Shown one piece after another: positions 53,545 through 64,000 of a stretch of DNA of 64,000 nt. This DNA comes from Octopus bimaculoides (lineage: Eukaryota). Location: the NCBI RefSeq assembly GCF_001194135.2, contig NC_068987.1:76662833-76726832 (forward strand). Reading direction: 5' to 3'. The position numbers were made by a program, and so were the translations under genes. Numbering within the stretch: the first letter of the stretch is position 1; each line of letters starts with the position of its first letter. The notes below the pieces were generated by a model. The model saw nothing but the letters and a program-made list of their open reading frames with translations. It did no database searches and was not told the origin of the DNA.

Positions 53545-54493
53545 CTGAAGGAAAGAGAAAATATATATATGTGTGTATATATGTATATCATCATCATCAT
53601 TACACACACACACATATATATATACACACATACACATATACATACATACACACAGATATATGTATATGTAAATATATGTATGTGTAAGTATATGTCTGTA
53701 TATATACGCACCTGTGTATGCATGAGTGTGTATTCAGGTATGTACTAAATCAATAATATAGAACATAGAAATGACATCACAGAGGCATTGATTAATAGAA
53801 AATGGAGAGGGATAGGTGGAGGTGGTCACGATAGAGAGGGTAGTGATAGGACTGCTGCTATAATTGTTACAATTATTCAAAAAGTGCTTTTTTTTTTCCT
53901 TTTAATACATTGTGGAGATTTTACTGGGATTTTTCAACTACTTTTAGGACATCAAACGATCATGTAGAGGTTCCATTATTAGCTGAAATTAAGGTGGCAA
54001 GCTGGTAGAATCGTTAGCACAGTGGATGAAATGCTTAGTGGTATTTCACCTGTCGCTACATTCTGAGTTCAAATTCCACCAAGGTTGACATCCTTTTGGA
54101 GGTTGAAAAAATTAAGTACCAGTGAAACACTGGGGTCGATGTAATCAACTTACCCCCTCCCCCAAAATTTCAGGCTTTATGTCTGTAGTAGAAAGGATTA
54201 TTAGCTGAAATCTTTTTCATTGTTGTTGTTGTTATTGCATAGACCCAATTAAACACTGATAAACCAGATGTCATTAAAGGCAGTCCAGTTGTAACTTTCT
54301 TGTCTTAATACCTATTGAGGCTAATATTTTCTGTAACTCAGTGGTTGAAGACCGGCAGTTACAGGGGTTGAAGATCAGTGAAATAAAAAAAAAAAATTCT
54401 TCTCTGGAAAACAGGGGTTGGTAATAAGAAGGACATCCAACTGTAGAATATCAGGTTTTGGTGGATGTTGCTGTTTAATATTATTTCACCACT

Positions 54494-54720
54494 AAGGTGG
54501 CAAGCTGGCAGAAACGTTAGCATGCCGGGCGAAATGCTTAACAGTATTTCATCTGTCTTTACTTTCTGAGTTCAAATTCCACCGAAGTTGACTTTGCCAT
54601 TCATCCTTTCATGGTCAATAAATTAAGTACCAGTTGCGTACTGAGGTCGATTTAATCGACTGCCCCCCCCCCCCAAAAAAAAATAATAATTTCGGGCCTT
54701 GTGCCTAGAGTAGAAAAGAA
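54494..54720 (+). mobile_element. tRNA-headed SINE family B, representative copy (others ~8030-8230, 19612-19845, 30010-30181, 41722-41922, 49438-49655, 53990-54200)
   Basis: aaggtggcaagctggcagaaacgttagc...ttctgagttcaaattcc...taagtaccagtt...ggtcgatttaatcgact. Confidence 0.85.
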
Positions 54721-55587
54721 TATTATTTCACCACTAACGGACAGAACTATCACCAAAGATGTTCTGGCTGTGACCTCTCCAATTTTAATACATGCTAGTG
54801 GTGCCCCAACATGGCCACAGCCTTAGGGTTGAAATGAATAAAAGAATATACCTGGGACTACACTGTCTAATGTGTCCTTCATTTTTAAGATTATAGGGTG
54901 TGGTAATTTCTAGCAGATTGAGCAGTTATCTAGAAATTCTATCATTAGCTTGTTTCTGATGGTCTCTTTTGTTAACACCAGGCAGAGAGTCCAGACATCC
55001 TAGTTTTCTGGGATTCATCCTAGTTTTCAAACAACAGTCCCAGCATCCCAAAAGATTACATCAAGATAGTCATTTGTCCCAGTTTTGTATTCATATTTTC
55101 ATTTCAAAAATAATTTTTCCGATTTATTTTTATGAAAGTGTTTTTAAAAAGTTTTTGCACACTACAAATCTTTCACTTTTGAGAATGTACAGCTTCATTT
55201 TAAAATTTGTTTAATCACTTTCTGTTAAAGTATAAACTCATGTGTTTTGAAAATATTCACTTCACCTTAGTTTTTATTATGCCTACAGAGGGCTGGAATT
55301 TGAACATAGCGAGGTTGGGTTCCAGTAGCGTAATTAGGGGGTGGGGTAAGGGGGCACGTGCCCTAGGCGNNNNNNNNNNGTGAGTGGATTTGGTAGACAG
55401 AAGCTTAAAGACGCCCGTCGTATATATAATCAAGGAAGATGGTGCATTAAATTGTTAAGATAAGGAGGTTTCATAAAAATAAACATTCAAATGATATATT
55501 TTGAATTACGGGCTGTAGCGAACCGGCAGGTAAACGAACCCAGGTAAAGTAGTTATTCCTAAAATATTGCTTTAAAACATTACTCAT

Positions 55588-55786
55588 TTACTTGTTTCAG
55601 TCATTTCACTGTGGCCATGCTGGAGCACCTCCTTTAGTCGAGCTAATCGACCCCAGGGCTTATTCTTTGTAAGCCTAGTACTTATTCTATCAGTCTCTTT
55701 TGCCAAACCACTAAGTAACGGGGACATAAACACACCAGCATTGGTTGTCAAGTGATCATGGGGGACAAATACAGACACACAAACAT

Positions 55787-55829
<43 letters not shown>

Positions 55830-56681
55830 NNNNNNNNNNNNNNNNNNNNNNNNNNNNNNNNNNNNNNNNNNNNNNNNNNNNNNNNNNNNNNNNNNNNNNN
55901 NNNNNNNNNNNNNNNNNNNNNNNNNNNNNNNNNNNNNNNNNNNNNNNNNNNNNNNNNNNNNNNNNNNNNNNNNNNNNNNNNNNNNNNNNNNNNNNNNNNN
56001 NNNNNNNNNNNNNNNNNNNNNNNNNNNNNNNNNNNNNNNNNNNNNNNNNNNNNNNNNNNNNNNNNNNNNNNNNNNNNNNNNNNNNNNNNNNNNNNNNNNN
56101 NNNNNNNNNNNNNNNNNNNNNNNNNNNNNNNNNNNNNNNNNNNNNNNNNNNNNNNNNNNNNNNNNNNNNNNNNNNNNNNNNNNNNNNNNNNNNNNNNNNN
56201 NNNNNNNNNNNNNNNNNNNNNNNNNNNNTCTGTCTACCAAATCCACTCACAAGGCTTTGGTCGGCCTGAGGCTATAGTAGAAGATACTTGCCTAAGGTGC
56301 CACGCAGTGGGACTGAACCCGGAACCATGTGGTTCATGAGCAAGCTACTTTATTTCATAAATATTTGCCATAAAGGCATTACAAAGAGGGGACGAACAAG
56401 GACAGACAAACATTAAAGGGGTGAAGTAGCTGTATCAATTAAATATTTACAATTTTAAATGTACAATAATAATTTCATTATATTTACAATGTTCGCTTAA
56501 AGCATTGCTCATTACAGATGCAATTTGTAATGGCTTTCCTGAAGGATAGGCGTCCGACCACCAGAGTAGACCCCTTGCTTTTTCTTTTCCTTGTTTTTGG
56601 CTTCCACTTACCTGGTGCCAAACACTCCCAGCTTCCTCGCCACGGGGAGGAAGCTACTTACCACACAACCACTCCTATGCC
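55588..56681 (-). mobile_element. SINE family A with a gap in its internal microsatellite and a 300-bp insertion in its head
   Basis: Homology to family A. Confidence 0.85.
56351..56650 (-). mobile_element. 300-bp 5'-truncated non-LTR 3' end inserted at the same SINE position; TSD AAGCTACTT
   Basis: 9-bp direct repeat at 56342-56350 and 56651-56659; element end ...tgcctttatggcaaatatttatgaaata. Confidence 0.8.
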
Positions 56682-57340
56682 TTAATTACTTAATTACATT
56701 AATTACTTGTAACAAATAAGTACTATATAATATTGTGGATTTTGTAATTGGGGTGCATTTTTGCAGCTTGCCCCGGGCGTGGTTTACCGTAACTATGCCA
56801 AAAATGAATTTGCCCAGTCAGCAACCTGCAATTTCAGCTGAGTTGTACCTTGATGATATTCATCAATCAATAAATCGTATTTGCCAATTATTTAGTGAAT
56901 TTTTGTGCTGTTATAAATAATGACTATTCCTTTGTTGCCAGAGAATTCAATTAAATGAATTTAATGAAACAAATACAGCCTCTTGCTTGTCTAGCAAACT
57001 TTGTCATTCAGCTGCTATTTCTTGCCTGCTAACATTGCAACATCAACTTTACATTTCATGTAGCCACATTGACTTCGGGTTCAATCCCACTACATGGCAC
57101 CAGTGGTTCAAAATCTTGTGAGTGTATTTCATAGCTGAAAACATGTGGAAGTTACTCTTTCAGCACGCACACACATGTAGTATAAAATTAATGTGGGTAG
57201 CTAGGCACAATATAAACCATATAGGCAAAATTTATTCATCTCTAATTGTAACTGTATGTGCTAGAAGCACACATATTGCTAGAAATAAGAGTTAAACCAC
57301 TCACAGCTGCATAAAAGCACATTTACATATATACTGACAG

Positions 57341-57469
57341 GGTATAGATAACTGCCCCATGAGTGAAGCAAAACTAGAACATTGGAAGGTACAGTTTCAT
57401 CCTGATGGGAATTGTCAACAGTGTGCCTCATATCAGAGATATTGGTATCCAAAAGACCCAAGATGGCAG
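57341..57469 (+). CDS. Unassigned candidate exon (GIDNCPMSEAKLEHWKVQFHPDGNCQQCASYQRYWYPKDPRWQ)
   Basis: CAG| acceptor, CAG|GTAAGG donor, 129 nt, phase 0-0, one open frame, non-repetitive composition. Weak polypyrimidine tract; no homolog recognised. Confidence 0.3.
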
Positions 57470-59359
57470 GTAAGGCCATGTATGTGCTATGGGAGGACTG
57501 TAGTTAGACTCTCGGTTTGATAATAATTTGAGTGAGGAGTCTAATGCGAGTCGTGTGTAAGCATGTATATGTTAAATAAAATGAAACAACAAAGCCAAGG
57601 CTGAGTGGAAATTATGAAACATTTATAAAGACTCCTTTCCTGTCACCAACTTTTTAACTGTCTCTAAGCAAAGTGATATTTCCCAATGACAAGAGATATG
57701 CCAGAAGACTGGAAATGAAGGGTATCATCTGTATGATAGTGACACTCACAACTACCATGCAATATCAAGACAGGGAGACAATGACACACACATACACATT
57801 CATACTCACTTAGATACACACACACATATACACAAACATTCACACATTTAATACACGCATAATTATGATGCGTTTTCCTTCAGTTTCTATCTACCAAATT
57901 CACTCAAAGGCTTTGGTCAGCCCAGGGCTATTGCAGAAGACACTTGCCCAAAGTTCCACTCAGTGGGACAGAACTCAAAACCATGTGATTGGGAAGCAAA
58001 CTTTTTAACACACGGCCATGTTTCTAACTATATTTCTTCTTAAAAAACAATTTCACTAACTTCCAGTTGAACATTTATCTTCAAAGTCACAGAATTATTA
58101 TTTTTTTTTTTGAAAAAAAAAGTGGGGGTTCCTTAGAACATGATCAAATAACTATCTCTGGGTTAAGAAAAGCCTATCATGTAACAAAATATTATTGAAG
58201 CTTAAGAAATACTGATTATACATCAAAGTTATTCACTGAAGTCTTTCCAGATTCACAACTGGTGAAAAAAAAAGTTTTCTAGTACAACAACAAAATCTAT
58301 TTCCCTTATGAAAATGTTATTTCACCTTTCACAACCAATATATATATTTAAAAGATTTGGAAAATAGTAGTTTTTATGGAATTTCAAAAGATTCTAGCAA
58401 TCAGAATACAGTAAAATATTTTTCTTTATTAATGCATTTTCTTTTTTTTATACTGGAAAAAGAAATAAAGTAAGAAAAGCTTTTAACATTGAATACTTTG
58501 CTAAATAAAATTGTAGTTACTACTTAAAGAAATGCTTGGACAATAATAAAATGTCTAAAGAAAAATGTGTACGATTTGGAGCAAACAATTCCAGTGATTA
58601 GCTGTGATTTCTTTTGGGGCTTTTTTGCTGTATTTCTATACATTGTGATCTCAACCATATTAATTCTTGTTTGTTTTTTTCAATAAATGATTTAGTAAAC
58701 TAGATTGTCAATAATTCTTATTCTCATACATAAAACATATACAAGATATCTGTAGGTGCTGGAGTGGCTGTATGGTTAAGAAGCTTGCTTTGCAACCACG
58801 TGGTTTCAGGTTCAGTCCCACTGCAGGGCATCTGTGCTGGTGAAACATAAAAAGGACTGTAAGAACATGGTCGATGTCAGTGTCGCTTGACTGGCCCCAT
58901 GCCAGTGGCAAGTAAAAAGCACTATTTGAGCATGGTGGTTGCCAGTGCTGCCTTACTGGCCCTCCTGCTGGTGGCACGTAAAAAGCACCACTACACTCTT
59001 GGAGTGGTTGGCATTAGGAAGGGCATCCAGCTGTAGGAACCTTACCAGATCAGGTTGGAGCCTGGTGCAGCCTTCTGGCTTGCCAGTCCTCAGTCAAATT
59101 ATTCAACCCATGCCAGCATGGAAAGCGGACGTTAAACGATGTTGTTGATATAGATATATCATCATCATCATTTAACATCTGCTTTCCATGCTAGCATGGG
59201 TTGGACAATTTGACTGGGGACTGGCGAACCAAATGGCTACACCAGACTCCAATCTGATCTGGCAGAGTTTCTACAGCTGGATGCTCTTCCTAATGCCAAC
59301 TACTCTGATAGCGTAGTGGGTGATTTTTACATACCACCAGCACGAGGGCCAGTCCAGCG

Positions 59360-59425
<66 letters not shown>

Positions 59426-60138
59426 ATGCATATATATATATATGTATGCTTGTGTGTGTGACAGACATTGTCCTTCTAGTTTTCATCTACCAAATCCACA
59501 CACAAGGCCCAAAGCTATAGTAGAATATACTTGCCCAAGGTGTCCACATAGTGGGACTGAACACGGAACCGTGTAGTTGGGAAACAAATGTCTTATTACA
59601 TATCTATACCTTCAGTAAACATTACCAATGTATATACATCTTATCCCCTTCTATTAACAAAAACATAACAAACAAAAATCCCACCCCGTATCCTACAGAC
59701 ACAACAGAATTTGAACTCAGAGATGAAATACAGAGAGGAATAACACCAAAATCCTGCAAGGCATTTAATCTCCCTTACATTGTATTGTTTCTGGTACTTC
59801 ATTCCTCACCATAATTTATCAATATGGAAATATGAACACAATACAATGATAATCCAATAACAAATGTACAGCAATAGTGGGAAAGTCTAGCATGAACATC
59901 AAACATTGATAACATTTAGTGTGGTCCGATGTTACTCTAGCCTGTGGCAGTTACCAATTTATTAATTCTTAATGACATCTGCTTGTACATTGCAATGATT
60001 GTGGTATGGTGCTATGACAATATATAGCATCTCTCAGTTATCTCTCTTTTTTCTTTCTCACTTACTCACAATATATATATGCATATATATATCTTGATAC
60101 ATGTATACATAAATATATGTGTGTCTGTACACATATAC

Positions 60139-60203
<65 letters not shown>

Positions 60204-60350
60204 CACAAACACACATATATACATACACACACATATACATATACATACATGTATATGTATACATACATATACAGATCTATATACCTATCTATCTATCTAT
60301 CTATATATATATACACATACATATCTATATGTATATATATTTATATATAT

Positions 60351-60400
<50 letters not shown>

Positions 60401-61019
60401 GTTATTCTTCATACACACATGTGTAAGCACACACAGAGAAATACATACAAACATGCACACAGCACTTATACATGCCTAGGGTCACATACATACACACGTA
60501 TAGACTAATGTTTATATTCATATTCAGACATATACACAGAAATAGAAATATGTGTGTGTATATATGTGTGTGTGTGTGTGTATAAGCACGCATATCCCCC
60601 TCATAAACACACACACACATATTAAATTTTCCTCTAAGTTTAAGAGGAAGAAAGTATTCTTCCCTTTGGCAGTTTCCAGCTTTACAGAATAATGAAATAA
60701 AAAGAAGAAAAAAAGAAAGAAAGAGAAACAGAAGTAGGAATATGAAGCAGAAATTTGTCTTGCAAGTAAGTTTAGTAACTAAATAATGATCCTATGTCCT
60801 TCAGTGAAGTCAAGTCAAATAGTCACCAAAAAGATTAGAATAAAATTGGTTTTACACTAACTAATAGCTAAGCTTTACTCCAATTTAATGAATTGCTTCT
60901 TGGTGTTTGAATATCTCACAGCTGCCACATTGCTTTATTGTCATGATTTCATCGAGAGAGAATCTCTCTTGTTTTTCACAGTAGAATAATAGGTTGTTCT
61001 CTCTCTGCCTCTTCTTTCT

Positions 61020-61500
61020 TTTTTTTTTTCTGCTCCTCATTCTTGACTTCTTTCTCCATCTTCTTCATTCTTCTTCTTCTTCTTCTTCTTTGTCTCCTTC
61101 TTCTCCTTCTTTCTGCTTCTCCTCCTCCTTCACCTCCTCTTTTTCATCTTCCTCTTTCCTCCTTCTCCTCCTCCTCTTTCTTCTTCTTCTTCTTCTTCAT
61201 TTTCTTCTCCTCCTCCTCTTCTTTCTTCTTCATTTTCTTCTCCTCTTGCTCCCCTTCTTCCTCTACCTTTTCCTTCTCCTTCTCCTCTTTCCTCTTCCTC
61301 TTCATTTTCTTCTCTTGCTTCCCTCTTCCTCTACCTTTTCCTTCTCCTCCTTCCTCTTCATTTTCCCCTCCTCTTCCTCCCTTCTCCATCTACCTTTTTC
61401 TTCATCTTCTCACTCCACTTCCTCTTCTCCCTCTTCATTTCTTCTCCTTTTTTGCTTCTTCTCCTTTTTCTTCTTCTTCTTCTTCTTCTCTTTCTTCTCT
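61020..61500. repeat. ~480-bp polypyrimidine (CTT/CCT)n tract
   Basis: Almost purine-free plus strand; a similar tract lies at ~50580-50900. Confidence 0.95.
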
Positions 61501-62463
61501 CAGCAGAAGTTCTTTCCTCCTTGCAACAATCTCCTATCCATCCAGGAAGTTTCACAAATTTATGAGAGCAATAATAAGATTCTGTGATATTCATGGTTCT
61601 TCACTTCAACATACATTACACATACCTGGCTGTCACATCACTTCCATGACGATTTCTTTTTAGTCAGTTCTTCCATTCTAATAACATTTTTCTTGTTTAT
61701 CTAATGCAGGAAGGTTCGCAATTTTCTTTTGCATTTTTTCTTTTTTTTTTTTTTGTGGTTTCAAGCAAAGCAGTCATGCAAATGTGAGGTACTCATGATT
61801 TCTATGTACCACCTGCTGAAGATTTTCAAAGAATGAAATAAAGTAAAAGTAGAAAAGAATAGCAGAAGTTAAATTGAATCTTTATGCAATTTTTTTTTAT
61901 TCGTAATTCTTGGTTTTCAGTTACCGACAATGTGATTGGTATAAGACATTTCAAAGACTTAAGTTCTGTATTGTTCCAGTGGTATTGCTAATAGGTCAAT
62001 GTAGCTATTAAAAAACATTGTTCTTTTGCCACTACAGAACTTTATATTTTGGGCCTCCTCACCACACGTTTTTTTATTTCTTTGCTTTTCCTTGACGAAG
62101 GTAAAACTGTCCAAAATATAGAACACATTTTAATTACTTTCTTCCTTATGGCACTAAATTATTACTATATACTGTATATATATATATGTGATGACACATG
62201 GCCTGGTGGTTAAGGTGTTGCACTCACAATCTAACAATTATGATTTCAATTCCTTGACCAGGTGGTGCATTGTGTTCTTGAGCTAAACACTTCACATCAC
62301 GTTGTTCTCTGATCAATTCAATACTTGACACAAGGTATCTGTTCAAACAACGCCGATTTGATGGAGAAAGTGAACTAAAGTGTGACACAAACATTTAATC
62401 ATTATAAACAAATCATTTATGCAGATCATATATTTCTATATATACTCTTTACTCTCTCTCTCT

Positions 62464-62892
62464 TTTACTTGTTTCAGTCATTTGACTGTGGCCATGCTGG
62501 AGCACCGCCTTTAGTCGAGCAAATTGACCTCNNNNNNNNNNTGGAGCACCGCCTTTAGTCGAGCAAATTGACCTCAGGACTTATTCTTTGTAAGCCTAAT
62601 ACTTAGTCTATCGGTCTCTTTTGCCGAACCGCTAAGTGACGGCAACATAAGTACACCAGCATCGGTTGTCAAGCAATGCTGGGGACAAACACAGACACAC
62701 AAACACACACATATATATATACATATATACGACGGGCTTCTTTCAGTTTCCATCTACCAAATCCACTCACAAAGCTTTGGTCGGCCCGAGGCTATAGTAG
62801 AAGATATTTGCCCAAGATGCCACGCAGTGGGACTGAACCCGGAACCATGTGGTTGGTAAGCAAGCTACTTACCACACAGCCACTCCTATGCC
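62464..62892 (-). mobile_element. SINE family A, full length (local assembly duplication at the 10-N gap)
   Basis: Homology to family A. Confidence 0.9.
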
Positions 62893-62920
62893 TATATATA
62901 TATACATATATGTATATATA

Positions 62921-63140
62921 AATTATAATACAGGGTATCCAAGAGATACCGNNNNNNNNNNNNNNNNNNNNNNNNNNNNNNNNNNNNNNNNNNNNNNNNN
63001 NNNNNNNNNNNNNTTTACTGGTTTATTTTGTCTTCGGCTTCGCTCCTTGTGCTATGTGAACATTTATTGTGGTTTAGAGTCAGGATTTGACTGCTATTTT
63101 TCAGCGTGGCGGTATCTCTTAGATACCCTGTATTATAATT
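62921..63140. mobile_element. Tc1/mariner-like MITE spanning a gap
   Basis: 31-bp inverted repeats aattataatacagggtatccaagagataccg (62921-62951) / 63110-63140, 1 mismatch. Confidence 0.7.
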
Positions 63141-63227
63141 TTAAATAATTATTACCTTTGATGGTTTTTATTCCCATGCTGGCCACTTGATAAAATCAAT
63201 ATTTTAAATATCGATCTTATCCTTATT

Positions 63228-63258
<31 letters not shown>

Positions 63259-63374
63259 TTTAGTTTCAGTCCAAGGACCTCAGCCATGCTGGGGCACCAC
63301 CGTTTACATTGCTTCACTTTCACTAAACCCCCTCAGATGTGTAACATTCAGTGGATGAAGGAGTTTGATGCTGT

Positions 63375-63840
63375 TACTCTCATTTGTGTTTCTTACCTTG
63401 AGGTTCATCCGGAACTCTTGAAGAAGGAGATCCAGTTTTGTTTGTGAAAAAGCTTACATCCACACCATGCAGGTCTCCCAGGCTTTGTGAGAGGATGTTG
63501 AAGAGCTGTGGGCCTTTGAAGCTCAAGCTGTAGCAGTATTTGGTTTTGTATCCTGATGGCAATGTTGATGCTTTTGGTATTATACAGTGCTGCCCCATCC
63601 TGCTGTTCATGTAACTGACAGTGCCAAAGTTTGGCACAGGCTTTTCCAGATGTATATTACTGCATATCTTTCCCGCCTTCACTCCAGGGAATAGAATCTT
63701 AACTCTTCCAGTCTCTCCCAGTGGCTGATATGTCACTTGTGTTGGTAGTGCTGGGCTTGGAATTTCCAGCATTAAACTGCATGTTATTTCCCTTAGCCCA
63801 CCTGTATATTGCCCCCATCTCATGTTGTAGATGCACTGTA
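63375..63840 (-). mobile_element. CR1/L2-group LINE 3' fragment
   Basis: IYRWAKGNNMQFNAG and SLSFKGPQLFNILSQSLGDLHGVDV...PDEP. Confidence 0.8.
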
Positions 63841-63872
<32 letters not shown>

Positions 63873-63962
63873 GGGAGAATATACAAATAATAACAACAGA
63901 CGAGGACAGGTGGTGTAAATAACAAAAGTATATATTAGTATGACGCTCGGGAATACGGAAAG

Positions 63963-63999
63963 TCTTTGACGTTTCGAGCTACGCTCTTCAACAGAAAGA
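63963..63999 (-). ncRNA. Hammerhead motif with CUGUUGA (A6U) core, all stems intact
   Basis: UCUUU CUGUUGA A GAGC GUA GCUC GAAA CGUC AAAGA: 5-bp stem I, ACGU palindrome, GUC site (C17=63968). The host repeat runs past the window end. Confidence 0.7.
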
Positions 64000-64000
64000 A

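Noticed and set aside
2303-56339. Long ORFs containing X runs or IYIY/CVCV/HTHT/LLLL/SSSS strings
   Set aside because: They are translations of N gaps and of TA, CA, TAA, CAC or CTT microsatellites.
56587-56600. ACTTACCTGG resembling the U1 snRNA 5' end, or a perfect minus-strand donor
   Set aside because: No further U1 similarity; it lies inside a TSD-bounded retro-insert with no matching acceptor or frame.
55322-56805. Possible cagtggcgta-type TIR element enclosing the SINE and insert, with a G-rich left end
   Set aside because: The right TIR is too degenerate, no TSD is seen, and a gap interrupts the left end.
62494-62576. 34-bp direct duplication in a SINE
   Set aside because: The copies sit on either side of a 10-N placeholder gap, a typical contig-overlap artefact.
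53545-64000. Upstream SLC35F6-like exons
   Set aside because: No segment with matching motifs and splice sites was found; they probably lie beyond the window or in gaps.

Overview
AT-rich, microsatellite-dense eukaryotic scaffold with many N gaps. The SINE/LINE repertoire suggests a cephalopod, probably Octopus (inferred, not searched). The only well-supported host gene is a divergent SLC35F6-like solute carrier on the minus strand: two exons (53544-53389 and 33230-32919) that splice in frame across a 20,158-bp GT-AG intron. Its upstream exons were not found and its last exon is uncertain. The rest is mostly mobile DNA: four SINE families, RTE, CR1/L2 and R4/Dong LINE fragments, decayed mariner and hAT (Charlie-like) transposases, and several MITEs. 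Most notable: (1) two different ~300-bp insertions sit at exactly the same nucleotide of the tRNA-like head of two SINE copies, each with a TSD, suggesting a retroelement that specifically targets this SINE; (2) seven minimal type I hammerhead ribozyme motifs of the Penelope-like kind occur in about six unrelated sequence contexts, including a family with A6 changed to U and three cases tied to head-to-head inverted duplications; (3) a phase-compatible C2H2 zinc-finger cassette lies downstream of the transporter and an unassigned plus-strand exon candidate lies upstream. Nearly all ORFs in the supplied track are artefacts of microsatellites or N runs. Repeat boundaries are approximate unless TSDs or TIRs are quoted.
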